49,193 bases of DNA from an uncultured Bacilli bacterium (GTDB lineage Bacteria > Bacillota_I > Bacilli_A > RFN20 > CAG-826), in contig CALVMY010000099.1 in the NCBI GenBank assembly GCA_944349405.1, positions 1 to 49,193 on the forward strand, written 5' to 3'. A program made the translations under genes and the position numbers. Position 1 is the first letter of the stretch. Every line of letters begins with the position of its first letter. Under the pieces are notes generated by a model. It had not been told where the DNA came from and ran no database searches. It was given only the letters and a program-made list of their open reading frames with translations. Positions 22,901 through 32,376 of the stretch are shown here, piece by piece.

Positions 22901-24578
22901 CGATAATACTAAAATAGTTGATTTATCTATCGAAATAAATCCTAAATATATAAATGACGAAAATAGTGAATTAATTAATAAAGAAAATGTAAAAATAGAG
23001 GCAAGAATAAATTTAAATCAAGCTAATTCAATTATTTTCGATTCTTTATTAATTGATGCTACTAATTCTTCTATTTTTAATATCGAAAATTTCTACTTAA
23101 AATTAACTAATAGTGGAGAATTTGTTAAAAATAGTGAAAATGAATTCTATCTTTTAGATACATTTACAAAATATAGCGAATCTAATAAATCTGATTTTGT
23201 TAATATTGACGATTGTGTTACTTTAGCTAAGTTAGGTTTAAGCACAACCGAACAACACTATTTTGAATTAGAAGGTGTTTTAGATTTAAGTGCATCATTT
23301 TTATCATTAAATGTTGATTTATCAGGAGCTATTCCTCAAAAATACGTCAATGCAAAAATCGAACTTATTAAGCCAGAGGGAGAAAAATTATATTCTCAAA
23401 CGAGGGCTCATTTAACATTAAGAAATTATGGTTCTTCTACAATTATTGATTCTAACGATAATTTTGTTGAATATTTTACTGAACGATTAGACTTAGGAGC
23501 AAATGGTTATCAAGAAATTTGCTATATTGTTAAAACAAAAGGTTATTATCATGAAGAAAGCCAAAATTTAGTAAAAGGTCCTGAACTAGTTGAGACAGTT
23601 TATACTACTTCTTCAGAAGTTGTTAATAATTTATTTACTAAATATCCTTCTGATCAATATCAAATAACAGGCCAAAATATATTGCCTTCAGAAACGGAAA
23701 CTTACTTTAATAAAAATGATGCTGAAAATCGTGCTAGTGAACTAAAGAATAAATATAACGATAATAATGTCGCAAGAGTTGAAAGCGAAGGATTCATAAT
23801 CAAAAGGTATAAAGTTTATATTTCACAAAGATATGACGTTACTATAACCACCAAGGCTATTTATGAAACAATTCCTGCTCATAATGAATTCGAACAAACA
23901 ATTTATAAGGTTACTCAAGATGAAATGCTAGGAAATGGTGGTTTAAATTTAATCTATTACCTCCTTGATTTAAGCATTATTGAAGAACTCGATTTATCTT
24001 TAGCTAAAGCTTCTCATGAAGATATAATGGCAATAATTTATTACAACGTATTTAATAGTGAAACTTCTGGAAATGAAGGAAATTCGGAATTAGATTTATT
24101 TGCTTGTTTAAATCAATTTGAAGTAAATAATACTAATTTTTCTATGAATGTTGATTTGGGAAAATTAATAAATTATGACGATATTTTAGGTTTAAAAATA
24201 GACTTAACATATAACGAAAATAAATTAACCAATCTAAATATTTATGGAAATGGTGAAGAAAATACAATTTTGAATGGTCTTGGAGGATTAATTTCAGCTT
24301 CTGTTTCTCTAAATATAAAATTAGTAGATAATCCTGTTGGAATGGATAGATATGATAATTTTATTAATGCAATTCATCTATATGAACAAACAAATAATTT
24401 AGATTACTTTGTAATAGAAAATTACGAAAATAAAGAGGCTACAATTTTAATTTTAGGTTTAATACCTACAAGTTTAGATGGCCAAACACCTGTAACGAAC
24501 AATACTCAACTAACCTTAAAATTATATAGTTATAATGATGACGAAATTACCAAAGGTTTAATTTACGGATTAAATTAA
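19965..24578 (+). CDS. Very large secreted or surface protein of unknown function
   Basis: 1537 aa with a signal peptide (MKFKRTKLLFCSLFIGLSALSSS). It is Asn/Asp/Ser/Lys/Ile-rich, I recognise no catalytic or repeat motif, and it has its own promoter and terminator. Confidence 0.6.
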   Translation: MKFKRTKLLFCSLFIGLSALSSSLNIKNNNEHISNDETSIKEEIFSDEKEENDLIKEKFLSNLNSNSIYDFDSSSYIALIDPKTYQKINLDINYGNITFLDSSSVSYNISFSYVDKNNKKSDLLLNNTSSTLSTIKNKEELYYLNQKDELKTLFNYETLTNKDDSSLKSISFKDNNLSISNLFNEIFSTIKNSTIYKNDFLNEYIFKNDIYNINIDQSTYNLKSISTNSLSKSLNFEIDFKFINKNKEKATFSSLINEENPADLITTLTKLLNNSNFKTVFDFKIDPIKEDNSSSSIKTKSNSLLDKSYHFKGDINVDYKNHDLLDNGKVELNLLHYTNKDLSNDLSLRYQDTSIYFRSGSLIKGKIKEETVLSLVDVVSLITNDTSFTRLVNNPLNNLINNDTFLKITNADLSSFNLDNLDEYIKELNIRNNLITLKVDSALFNLPSFIFTLKVGLQNLKLKTIEISDFKINDEALLNGNMRFIENSSFINLNEEDYPSYDFAPSLITSLYKLVDEKRLGGRLSLSVKNKIKENTFNFVSNIDADLSSLDLNDPISIKNLNLALINPSFSNTFNGNNTFELPIKINKINIQKDSQNKNAFFIDGSIGKNDFLPLKLKFNDNLFNSENDSSSTIKNILEKLGVDTDKLVNSFDLSSIINKISSYIDEVLINPSLKSDLKKVINDYSLSHLENIISIFNDGDFLEIRINVDYLFNEDLSIKGENNEIYKDQISLFYNINRNKFQGLYLNINDSVNNIELLYNYDYYNYLEFIDKNEENNYLDVNDILSSLNPFINNPPSFTLNNIYDVDVKNIDPSIDINNVKLGIKKDEETNDIYSEGMFNINIDNNTNLDFKFIYDDKEFNDEYFTLGYSDGKIIYNEANEGIKIPEGQLQAEIRLNNMKTPLHTITKTSSPFNVLSEFLNISDENVLAPFRDSFSSILDQLFTQNIPLFNLISNGEYLKLLDKEIFPSYNLDIKENSDNTKIVDLSIEINPKYINDENSELINKENVKIEARINLNQANSIIFDSLLIDATNSSIFNIENFYLKLTNSGEFVKNSENEFYLLDTFTKYSESNKSDFVNIDDCVTLAKLGLSTTEQHYFELEGVLDLSASFLSLNVDLSGAIPQKYVNAKIELIKPEGEKLYSQTRAHLTLRNYGSSTIIDSNDNFVEYFTERLDLGANGYQEICYIVKTKGYYHEESQNLVKGPELVETVYTTSSEVVNNLFTKYPSDQYQITGQNILPSETETYFNKNDAENRASELKNKYNDNNVARVESEGFIIKRYKVYISQRYDVTITTKAIYETIPAHNEFEQTIYKVTQDEMLGNGGLNLIYYLLDLSIIEELDLSLAKASHEDIMAIIYYNVFNSETSGNEGNSELDLFACLNQFEVNNTNFSMNVDLGKLINYDDILGLKIDLTYNENKLTNLNIYGNGEENTILNGLGGLISASVSLNIKLVDNPVGMDRYDNFINAIHLYEQTNNLDYFVIENYENKEATILILGLIPTSLDGQTPVTNNTQLTLKLYSYNDDEITKGLIYGLN

Positions 24579-24614
24579 AAACTAGCAAATATTTACTTAA
24601 TATTTACTAGTTTT
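24579..24614. terminator. Bidirectional terminator hairpin between the convergent 1537-aa ORF and sdaA
   Basis: AAACTAGCAAATATT-TACTT-AATATTTACTAGTTT: a 15-bp stem with one C-A mismatch, an A run 5' and a T run 3'. Confidence 0.55.
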
Positions 24615-24640
24615 ATCATAGCTTACACGTGGAAATTAAA

Positions 24641-25933
24641 TTATTCGATAATTTTTGCAAGTCCACCTTCGCTTGTTTCTTTATATTGAGGATTTAAATC
24701 ATCTCCTGTTGCTTTCATTGCCTTTAAAACATCATCAAAAGAAACTTTATTTTTTCTTAAAGGGGCAATATTTTTGGCATATAAATAAGCGGCTTCGCTT
24801 CTTAATACACCTACGCCATTTCTTTCAATACATGGAATTTGAACATATCCTTTTACAGGATCACAAGTTAAACCTAAAAAGTGTTCTAAAGCAGCTTCAC
24901 TAGCGTATTCTATTTGATAAATTGATAAATCATTTAAATAAGCTAAGATTGCTGCCCCCATTGCACTTGCAACTCCTATTTCAGCTTGACAGCCACTTAC
25001 AGCACCACTTATCGAAGCATTTTCTTTAGCTAAAAGAGCAAAAATACCACCAATTTTTAAAGAGTCTATTAATTTATCCTCTTTAAAATTTAATATATTT
25101 TTATAATAAAACATAATCGAAGGAATAATACCCGCACTTCCACAAGTAGGAGCAGTTACAATCATTTTTCCACTCGCATTTTCTTCAGCTACACTATAAG
25201 CAAAAGAAGTAAGAAGCATCTCTTTCTTTTCACCTTCATCATCAATATTTAAACTATTTTTATATAATTCTTTAGCAACTCTTTTAAGATGTAGACTTCC
25301 TGGAAGATATTCTTCATCACTATTTAAACCATTATAAACACTATCTAACATCTTATTTAAAATATCTTTTAAATAAGAATTAATATCTTTTTCTTCATAT
25401 TTATCAACAACTTCTTTTAAATCTAATATATTATTATCTTTAACATATTTTTTAATCTCATCAAATGAAGAAAAAGGATAGATATAATCATTTTTAAAGA
25501 TATAAACTTCACAACTATTTTTAGAAGTTAAATCATCTTCTTTAATAACATCTTTTCTAATCTCTCCTCCTCCAATAGAGAAATATAATTCACTTTTAAT
25601 AATTTTATTATCTTTATTAAAAGCTTCAAATTTCATTGTATTTGGATGTAATAATTTATTAAAAGGAGTAGATATATCAAAAACAACCTTATTTAAAGGA
25701 AAATCTAGATGATTTTCCTTTAAAACATCTAATATAATTTTATCAGTTAAATGTCCTTTACCTGTTAAAGCAAGTGAACCATAAAGCGTAATATAAATAA
25801 AAGATAAATCTTTTAAAAGATTATCTTTTTTTAAAGATTCAATAAATTCTTTACAAGCTTTATAAGGCCCAATTGTATGCGATGAAGATGGTCCTGGACC
25901 AACAATATAAACATTTTTAATCGACTTTAACAT
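24641..25933 (-). CDS. sdaA: L-serine ammonia-lyase (iron-sulfur-dependent, single-chain form)
   Basis: 430 aa with N-terminal GPGPSSSHTIGP and C-terminal CGSAGIIP...SGCQAEIG...C motifs typical of Fe-S L-serine dehydratases. Confidence 0.8.
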   Translation of the reverse strand: MLKSIKNVYIVGPGPSSSHTIGPYKACKEFIESLKKDNLLKDLSFIYITLYGSLALTGKGHLTDKIILDVLKENHLDFPLNKVVFDISTPFNKLLHPNTMKFEAFNKDNKIIKSELYFSIGGGEIRKDVIKEDDLTSKNSCEVYIFKNDYIYPFSSFDEIKKYVKDNNILDLKEVVDKYEEKDINSYLKDILNKMLDSVYNGLNSDEEYLPGSLHLKRVAKELYKNSLNIDDEGEKKEMLLTSFAYSVAEENASGKMIVTAPTCGSAGIIPSIMFYYKNILNFKEDKLIDSLKIGGIFALLAKENASISGAVSGCQAEIGVASAMGAAILAYLNDLSIYQIEYASEAALEHFLGLTCDPVKGYVQIPCIERNGVGVLRSEAAYLYAKNIAPLRKNKVSFDDVLKAMKATGDDLNPQYKETSEGGLAKIIE

Positions 25934-25946
25934 AAAATAAATAATA

Positions 25947-26183
25947 TTAAAAAGAAACTAACTCTTCTAAAGGAATATTATATCCTTCTGAAATACGATA
26001 TAAAACTTTTAAGGTTGGATTTTTTCTCCCGTTTTCTAAATCTGAAAGATAGTGAGTATTTACTTCACAAATTAAAGAAGCTTCTTCTTGAGTCAATTCT
26101 CTTTCAATTCTTAAATTTCTTATATGTTTGCCAAAATCCTCTAATAATCTTTTTTCAATTTCTTCCTTAGTTAATTCTTTCAT
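25947..26183 (-). CDS. XRE-family helix-turn-helix transcriptional regulator
   Basis: 78 aa; IRNLRIERELTQEEASLICEVNTHYLSDLENGRKNPTLKVL is a canonical HTH_3 pattern. Confidence 0.75.
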   Translation of the reverse strand: MKELTKEEIEKRLLEDFGKHIRNLRIERELTQEEASLICEVNTHYLSDLENGRKNPTLKVLYRISEGYNIPLEELVSF

Positions 26184-26235
26184 ATCTTTTTTCTTCCTTT
26201 ATACTTATATTTATTTTAATTAAATTTTTATTAAA

Positions 26236-27222
26236 TTAATCTTTAAATCTCTCACCCATTTCTCTTATTTTTATAACTAGATGATTAATATTAGATTTAG
26301 AAATATTTTTACCTAGTTTTTCCCCTAATAAAAAAGAAAGTTCATTATAAGATGCTTCAGGATATTCTTTTCTTAAATAACAAAGCTCTCTTACTTTTTC
26401 ATTAGCGACATTTTTTATACCGAGTTTTTTATCAATTAGATTAATCGTATTAATTAATTCTTCGCTATTTTTAATAACTTTTTTATAGTTGTAGATATCT
26501 AAATTTTCTTGACGATTAACGTTATTTGAAACATCTCTATCAAGTCGATATCCTTCATAAATTAAAGAAGATTGATTAGCATCCATATACGCTAAAAAAG
26601 ATGCTATTTGATCACTTCTTTTTAAATATAAAACATAATTATTACGTCTTTTTATCATCTTAAAATCAAAAGGATATACTTTAATCTTATTTTTAATTAA
26701 AGAAAGAATATTTGATGAAAATTTTTCATCATGAGTATATATTTCAAAATGATAATTACTGCTTTTAGGATTAGAACATGATCCACTTACTAAAAATAAT
26801 CCAATAATATATCCTCTTACTTTCTTTTCACTATTAATTAATAGATAAGGTATTTTATCATCAAGTGATGATAAAAATAATTTATCTATTAATTCATCAA
26901 TATTAGATAAAACATTTATTAAATATTCATAAGATTTATTAAATCTCATATTTTTACGATAAGAAAATGATAATTTAATATCTTTAAATACTTCTTTAAG
27001 TAATTTATAGATAAATTTAGCTATTTTAGCATTTTCAGTTTTAATAATTATTCTTTCATTATTTTTAGATAAAATAAGTTCTCCGTTACATTTTAAAAAA
27101 GAGGCTAAAATAGAAATAGCCATATCTAAAGGATAAGAAAGCGAAGTTAATTCTTCTTTTATTTCTTTAGAAAAAGATTCTTTTTTAATTTCGTTTGTAT
27201 TGATATTTTTGACACTATTCAT
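26236..27222 (-). CDS. whiA: DNA-binding protein WhiA
   Basis: 328 aa with a degenerate LAGLIDADG-type core (RGYIIGLFLVSGSCSNP) and a C-terminal HTH, located downstream of ppaX and lgt. Confidence 0.85.
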   Translation of the reverse strand: MNSVKNINTNEIKKESFSKEIKEELTSLSYPLDMAISILASFLKCNGELILSKNNERIIIKTENAKIAKFIYKLLKEVFKDIKLSFSYRKNMRFNKSYEYLINVLSNIDELIDKLFLSSLDDKIPYLLINSEKKVRGYIIGLFLVSGSCSNPKSSNYHFEIYTHDEKFSSNILSLIKNKIKVYPFDFKMIKRRNNYVLYLKRSDQIASFLAYMDANQSSLIYEGYRLDRDVSNNVNRQENLDIYNYKKVIKNSEELINTINLIDKKLGIKNVANEKVRELCYLRKEYPEASYNELSFLLGEKLGKNISKSNINHLVIKIREMGERFKD

Positions 27223-27252
27223 ATTTTTTATATATTAATATCTATATTTTAC

Positions 27253-27903
27253 TTAAAAATTATTAATTTTTTTAATATATTCATAAAATTCTAAATAAGA
27301 AGAGGCTTTAAAACAATAATCAATATTTTCGATATTAATTCTTTTGCGCATTAAAAAAATAGTTCCTAAAATAGAAGCATTTTTACTAGCTAAAGCATCA
27401 TAAAATGTGTCTCCTACCATCATCATCTCATCATTTTTAAGATTATATTTTTCTTTTAAATAATTAATTGCTTCAGGAGATGGTTTAGGAGGAAAAGAAG
27501 AATCACAGGTTATTAAATCTTTAAAATATTTTCTTAGATGAAATTTTTTTAAACAATATTCAGTCATTTCAAGTGTTTTAGCGGTTAAAACACATAAAAT
27601 AATTCCTTCTTCATATAATTTTTTTATTACTTTTTTAGAAAAAGGAAAGATAGATAAGTCAGTATCATAATATTTTTTTGTTCGTTCACGATATTCTCTT
27701 TTAATAAATTCTTTATCCTCATAATCTTTAAAAGCATCGTTTATCGCATAAGAAAGAGGAGGTCCACTATATTCAGCGATTTTTTCTTTATTAAAGGTTT
27801 CTCCACTTTTATATAAAGAAAATAATTCTTCCCATGTTTTAATTAAAATTAAATCGGAATCGATGATTGTACCATCCATATCAAAAATAAGCAGTTTAAT
27901 CAT
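27253..27903 (-). CDS. HAD-superfamily phosphatase (PpaX/phosphoglycolate-phosphatase-like)
   Basis: DMDGT motif I (LIFDMDGTIIDS), motif II T (LTAKT), motif IV GDTFYD. Its position after lgt matches the B. subtilis lgt ... ppaX neighbourhood. Confidence 0.7.
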   Translation of the reverse strand: MIKLLIFDMDGTIIDSDLILIKTWEELFSLYKSGETFNKEKIAEYSGPPLSYAINDAFKDYEDKEFIKREYRERTKKYYDTDLSIFPFSKKVIKKLYEEGIILCVLTAKTLEMTEYCLKKFHLRKYFKDLITCDSSFPPKPSPEAINYLKEKYNLKNDEMMMVGDTFYDALASKNASILGTIFLMRKRINIENIDYCFKASSYLEFYEYIKKINNF

Positions 27904-29389
27904 CGTTTTCCTCAGTTATTGAAATCTCTTTTACATCATTTTCTTCATTATAGTTTTTATACCATAAAAGTCTATTTTTCTTGATATAGAAATTATTAAA
28001 AACCGCTAAAGCAACAATTAATAATCCTCCACCAATCATTATATAAGAAGTGATTTCACTAGTTGCATAATAATCAGCCTCTGTTCTTAAAGGCTCTAAA
28101 ATAGCTCTAGTTACTCCATACCAAATTAAATATCCACCTAAAAGTGAACCATCAGAATGATATTTTCCAAGCAATTTTCTTATTAAATATTCTAAGATAA
28201 AATAACCTGCTAAATTTGATAAGAATTCAACAAAGAATAAAGGAACATAGAATTTACCATTTTCTAAATAATAATGTAGGGCAGTTTCTCCAATTAACGA
28301 AACACCATCAACTTCAGTACTTAAAATTGATCCGTGTTGGAAATACATATTATTTTTTATCCATGTAGGTAAAAATTCCCAATAAGAAATATCAACTAAT
28401 TGACCATAAACTTCATTATTAAAGAAATTACCAATTCTTCCTAATGCTTGAGCAAATAATATTGAAGGGATAATAATATCAATTGCTTTTAATAAAGAAA
28501 AATTCTTATATTGGCTTCTTTTCATTCCATATTTAACAACTAAAACTTGGGCAACACCAGCAATTATACCTAAAACTGCTCCTCCCATAATTCCTAATCC
28601 GCCCATTCTAAAGTTAAATATATTTACCCAGTTAGCACCAGCAAAATCAGTTGATCCACTACTTACACTTAAAATAACATACCAAATTCTTGCTCCAATT
28701 ACTCCTGAAGGGAAAGCAATTAAAAATGTATTTGTAATTAAATCATGCTTACCATAAATCTTATATAATTTATAATCACAAACATATAAGACTAAACAAG
28801 CACCAGATAAAATAAATAATGCGTATAAATAAATAGTTAAACCATCAGTATAATTATCATAATATTTATAAATATTGACTAATTTAATTCCTTTTGCACC
28901 AATATAGATCGCATTTGCTAAAGGATATTCTAAATAAGGAGCATTACCTTCTCCCCATAAAAAGAAAAATACTATTGTTAAGGCTAAAGAAAAACCTAGT
29001 GCCATAGTCGTATATTTTCTTTTTATCTCAAATTTTTCGATATATAACTTAATAAATAAAGAATAAATAAATGCCATTAAAGAGATAGCAAATAATATAC
29101 CAAATAAATAGACCATTACTTGGTGGTACCATTTTAAAGTTATATTATTAGTTTCTAAATAAATAGATGTATTTGGATCTAAATAGAATGCTAAATTTAA
29201 TAAAACAAAACCAAGAATAAAAGCAAGGGTAGGTATTCCTAGTTTTATTAAATTTTTCTTTATTAAATCGATAAATGATTCATATTTTGATTCATTTTTC
29301 TTAATAAAATATAAAAATACGATGCTAGTGATTAGTCCTCCAAATGTAAGAACTAATCCGATATAATAAGTAATCTCATATCCAATCAT
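27896..29389 (-). CDS. lgt: Phosphatidylglycerol-prolipoprotein diacylglyceryl transferase with a long N-terminal membrane extension
   Basis: Signature LGRIGNFFNNEVYG (Lgt G-R-x-G-N-F-x-N-x-E-x-x-G). 497 aa, versus about 270-290 for typical Lgt. Confidence 0.8.
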   Translation of the reverse strand: MIGYEITYYIGLVLTFGGLITSIVFLYFIKKNESKYESFIDLIKKNLIKLGIPTLAFILGFVLLNLAFYLDPNTSIYLETNNITLKWYHQVMVYLFGILFAISLMAFIYSLFIKLYIEKFEIKRKYTTMALGFSLALTIVFFFLWGEGNAPYLEYPLANAIYIGAKGIKLVNIYKYYDNYTDGLTIYLYALFILSGACLVLYVCDYKLYKIYGKHDLITNTFLIAFPSGVIGARIWYVILSVSSGSTDFAGANWVNIFNFRMGGLGIMGGAVLGIIAGVAQVLVVKYGMKRSQYKNFSLLKAIDIIIPSILFAQALGRIGNFFNNEVYGQLVDISYWEFLPTWIKNNMYFQHGSILSTEVDGVSLIGETALHYYLENGKFYVPLFFVEFLSNLAGYFILEYLIRKLLGKYHSDGSLLGGYLIWYGVTRAILEPLRTEADYYATSEITSYIMIGGGLLIVALAVFNNFYIKKNRLLWYKNYNEENDVKEISITEENDD

Positions 29390-29424
29390 AACTTATTTTC
29401 CCCTTTAAAATAATTTTAATATAA

Positions 29425-32265
29425 CTACACTTCTTTGTCTTTTTCTAATATAGGTTTTAAATACTCTCCAGTATAAGAAACTTTACTTTTTATAATTTCT
29501 TCAGGAGTTCCCTTAGCGATAATTTTTCCTCCCTTATCTCCTCCATCTGGACCAAGATCAATAATATAGTCAGCCATTTTTATAACATCTAAATTATGTT
29601 CAATAACTAAGACTGTATCGCCATTATCAACAATTCCTTCTAAAACTTTTAATAATCTAGCAACGTCATCAGTATGTAAGCCAGTTGTAGGTTCATCTAA
29701 AATATATAAAGTTTTTCCTGTAGGCTTTTTCTCTAAATAATAAGCTAGTTTAACTCTTTGAGCTTCACCTCCAGATAAAGTTACTGCACTTTGACCAAGT
29801 TTAATATAGCCAAGGCCAACATCACATAAAGTTTTAAGTTTTATAGCAAGTTGAGAATGATTTTTAAAGAAGTTATAAGCTTCTTCAGCCCTCATTTCCA
29901 AAACATCATAAATATTTTTCCCTTTATATAAACAAGAAAGAGTTTCGGCGTTATATCTTTTTCCATCGCATTCATCACATTTAACATAAACATCAGGTAA
30001 AAAGTTCATTGGAATGCGTGTAACTCCAGCCCCTTGACAATGTTCGCACCTTCCTCCAGGAAGATTAAAAGAGAAGCGTGATTTATTAAATCCGCGAGCT
30101 TTTGCTTCAACAGTTTGAGCAAAAATATCTCTAATATCATCAAATGCTTTGATATAGGTTGCAGGATTAGAACGAGGTGTTTTACCAATTGGTTCTTGAG
30201 AAATATTAATTACTTTATCAATATTTTCTACACCTAAAAGTTCTTTATATGGGCCTGGATAAGTTTCCACGTGTGAAATTTCTTTGTAAACTGCTCGATA
30301 GAGTGTTTCATTAATTAAAGACGATTTCCCACTTCCACTAACTCCGGTAACACATACAAAACAACCTAGAGGAACTTTTATATCTACGTTTTTTAAGTTA
30401 TTTAAAGTTGCTCCTTTAAGTTCAACAAATTTACCGTTTCCTTTTCTTCTATTTTTAGGAACATAAATTTTCTTTCTTCCAGAAAGATAGGCTCCTGTAA
30501 TTGAATCTTTATTATTTTCGATTTTTTCTAAACTTCCAGCTTCAACAACTTCTCCTCCATGAACACCAGCTCCAGGGCCAATATCTACGATAAAATCCGC
30601 AGATTTTAGCATTCCGTCATCGTGTTCTACAGCAATTAAGGTGTTTCCTAAATCTCTCATCTCTTTTAAAGAAGCAATGAGTTTAGCACTATCTTTTTGA
30701 TGTAAACCAATTGAAGGCTCATCTAAAACATATAAAACCCCACTAAGTTTTGATCCAATTTGGGTAGCTAATCTAATTCTTTGAGCTTCTCCCCCAGAAA
30801 GAGTCATTGCATATCTAGATAAAGTTAAATATTCTAAGCCAACATCAATTAAAAATTGGCTCCTATTTAAAATTTCATTGATAACTAAGTTTGCAATATT
30901 TAATTCATATTCGCTTAATTTTGTTTTTAAAGATAAAATCCACTCGTGTAATTTATCTAAAGTTAAACAGCAAACATCATAGATATTTTTTCCATCAACT
31001 AAAACGCTTAAAACTTCTTCGTTAAGTCTAGCGCCATGACATTCGCTACAAATTCTATCTTTTAAAAATTTAGCATAATATGCTCGATTAAATTCAGAAG
31101 TTGTTTCATTATAAAGTCGCTCAATTCTTTCTTTTACACCTTCAATATGGCCGTTTTTCTTTGAAACATTACCGCTAACTGAAGTTAAAGTATAAGAAAT
31201 ACTTTCTTTTGATCCATTTAAAATAATATCAACTTGTTCTTTTGTTAAATCTTTAAAAGGTATATTTGTAGGGATTTTATAATAATCTAAAAGCGCCTTA
31301 AATCCGAGCCAATCTAAATTTGTGGTATTAACAGTGTTTTTATAATAAAGAATGGCCCCTTGATTGATTGTTAAGTTTGGATCTGGAACTAATAAATCTA
31401 AAGAAACTTCTTGTTTTATTCCTAATCCATTACAAGAAGGGCAGCATCCTAAAGGATTATTAAAAGAAAATAATCGAGGTTCAAGTTTAGGAATTGTAAA
31501 ACCACAAATTGGACAAGCATTTTTTTCACTATATAATTTTTCAACGCCATTTATATCGACACTTACAAAGCCATTTGACCAGTTAGTAGCAAGTTCGACA
31601 TCTTCAAAAAGTCTCGAATCTATGCCATCTTTTCTTACAATTCTATCAATGACAATATCAATGTTATGCTTATTATTTTTAGCTAGTTCTCCGACTTCTT
31701 CAATTCTTTTTATTTCCCCATCAACCCTAACTCTAATAAAACCATTTTTGGCAATTTTTTCTAAAATAGCTTTTTGAGTTCCTTTTTCGTTTTTAACAAT
31801 TGGTGAAAAAATAATTATTTTACTACCATTTTCACTTTTTAAAATAATATCTACAATTTTAGTAATTGAAAAAGCAACTATTGGTTCATGATGGTGTGGA
31901 CAATAAGGTATTCCAATTCTAGAAAATAATAATCTTAAATAATCATAGATTTCAGTAACTGTTCCAACTGTTGAACGAGGATTATGGGAAGTCGATTTTT
32001 GATCAATTGAAATAGAAGGAGATAATCCCTCGATTGATTCAACATCAGGTTTTTCATAATTACCTAAAAATTGTCGGGCATATGATGATAATGATTCAAC
32101 ATATCTTCTTTGACCTTCAGCAAAAATAGTATCAAAAGCAAGAGTCGATTTGCCACTTCCACTAACTCCTGTAAAAACTATTAATTTATTTTTAGGTAAA
32201 GTTAAATCTATATTTTTAAGGTTGTTTTCTTTAGCACATTTAATCTTAATTTCGTCGTTTTGCAT
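29425..32265 (-). CDS. uvrA: Excinuclease ABC subunit A
   Basis: 946 aa with two ABC modules (GVSGSGKS twice, LSGGEAQR twice) and zinc-finger CxxC pairs. Confidence 0.95.
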   Translation of the reverse strand: MQNDEIKIKCAKENNLKNIDLTLPKNKLIVFTGVSGSGKSTLAFDTIFAEGQRRYVESLSSYARQFLGNYEKPDVESIEGLSPSISIDQKSTSHNPRSTVGTVTEIYDYLRLLFSRIGIPYCPHHHEPIVAFSITKIVDIILKSENGSKIIIFSPIVKNEKGTQKAILEKIAKNGFIRVRVDGEIKRIEEVGELAKNNKHNIDIVIDRIVRKDGIDSRLFEDVELATNWSNGFVSVDINGVEKLYSEKNACPICGFTIPKLEPRLFSFNNPLGCCPSCNGLGIKQEVSLDLLVPDPNLTINQGAILYYKNTVNTTNLDWLGFKALLDYYKIPTNIPFKDLTKEQVDIILNGSKESISYTLTSVSGNVSKKNGHIEGVKERIERLYNETTSEFNRAYYAKFLKDRICSECHGARLNEEVLSVLVDGKNIYDVCCLTLDKLHEWILSLKTKLSEYELNIANLVINEILNRSQFLIDVGLEYLTLSRYAMTLSGGEAQRIRLATQIGSKLSGVLYVLDEPSIGLHQKDSAKLIASLKEMRDLGNTLIAVEHDDGMLKSADFIVDIGPGAGVHGGEVVEAGSLEKIENNKDSITGAYLSGRKKIYVPKNRRKGNGKFVELKGATLNNLKNVDIKVPLGCFVCVTGVSGSGKSSLINETLYRAVYKEISHVETYPGPYKELLGVENIDKVINISQEPIGKTPRSNPATYIKAFDDIRDIFAQTVEAKARGFNKSRFSFNLPGGRCEHCQGAGVTRIPMNFLPDVYVKCDECDGKRYNAETLSCLYKGKNIYDVLEMRAEEAYNFFKNHSQLAIKLKTLCDVGLGYIKLGQSAVTLSGGEAQRVKLAYYLEKKPTGKTLYILDEPTTGLHTDDVARLLKVLEGIVDNGDTVLVIEHNLDVIKMADYIIDLGPDGGDKGGKIIAKGTPEEIIKSKVSYTGEYLKPILEKDKEV

Positions 32266-32310
32266 ACTCTTTAAAATTATACATTTTTTTATCTCTTTTA
32301 AAAGTAATAC

Positions 32311-32338
32311 GAATATAAAATAATACTATTTTATATTC
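32311..32338 (-). terminator. Perfect 12-bp hairpin between the GT28 gene and uvrA (possible terminator or attenuator)
   Basis: GAATATAAAATA-ATAC-TATTTTATATTC. All pairs are A-T except the terminal G-C, and there is no strong T tract, so function is uncertain. Confidence 0.35.
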
Positions 32339-32376
32339 ATTAGATTAGCAAAAAGAGCTTATATAGCTCATATCAT

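Noticed and set aside
24655-24903. 82-aa plus-strand ORF inside sdaA
   Set aside because: It is an antisense shadow ORF.
30006-31777. ORFs 30006-30188 (-) and 31364-31777 (+) within uvrA
   Set aside because: They are an out-of-frame ORF and an antisense ORF inside a near-universally conserved gene.
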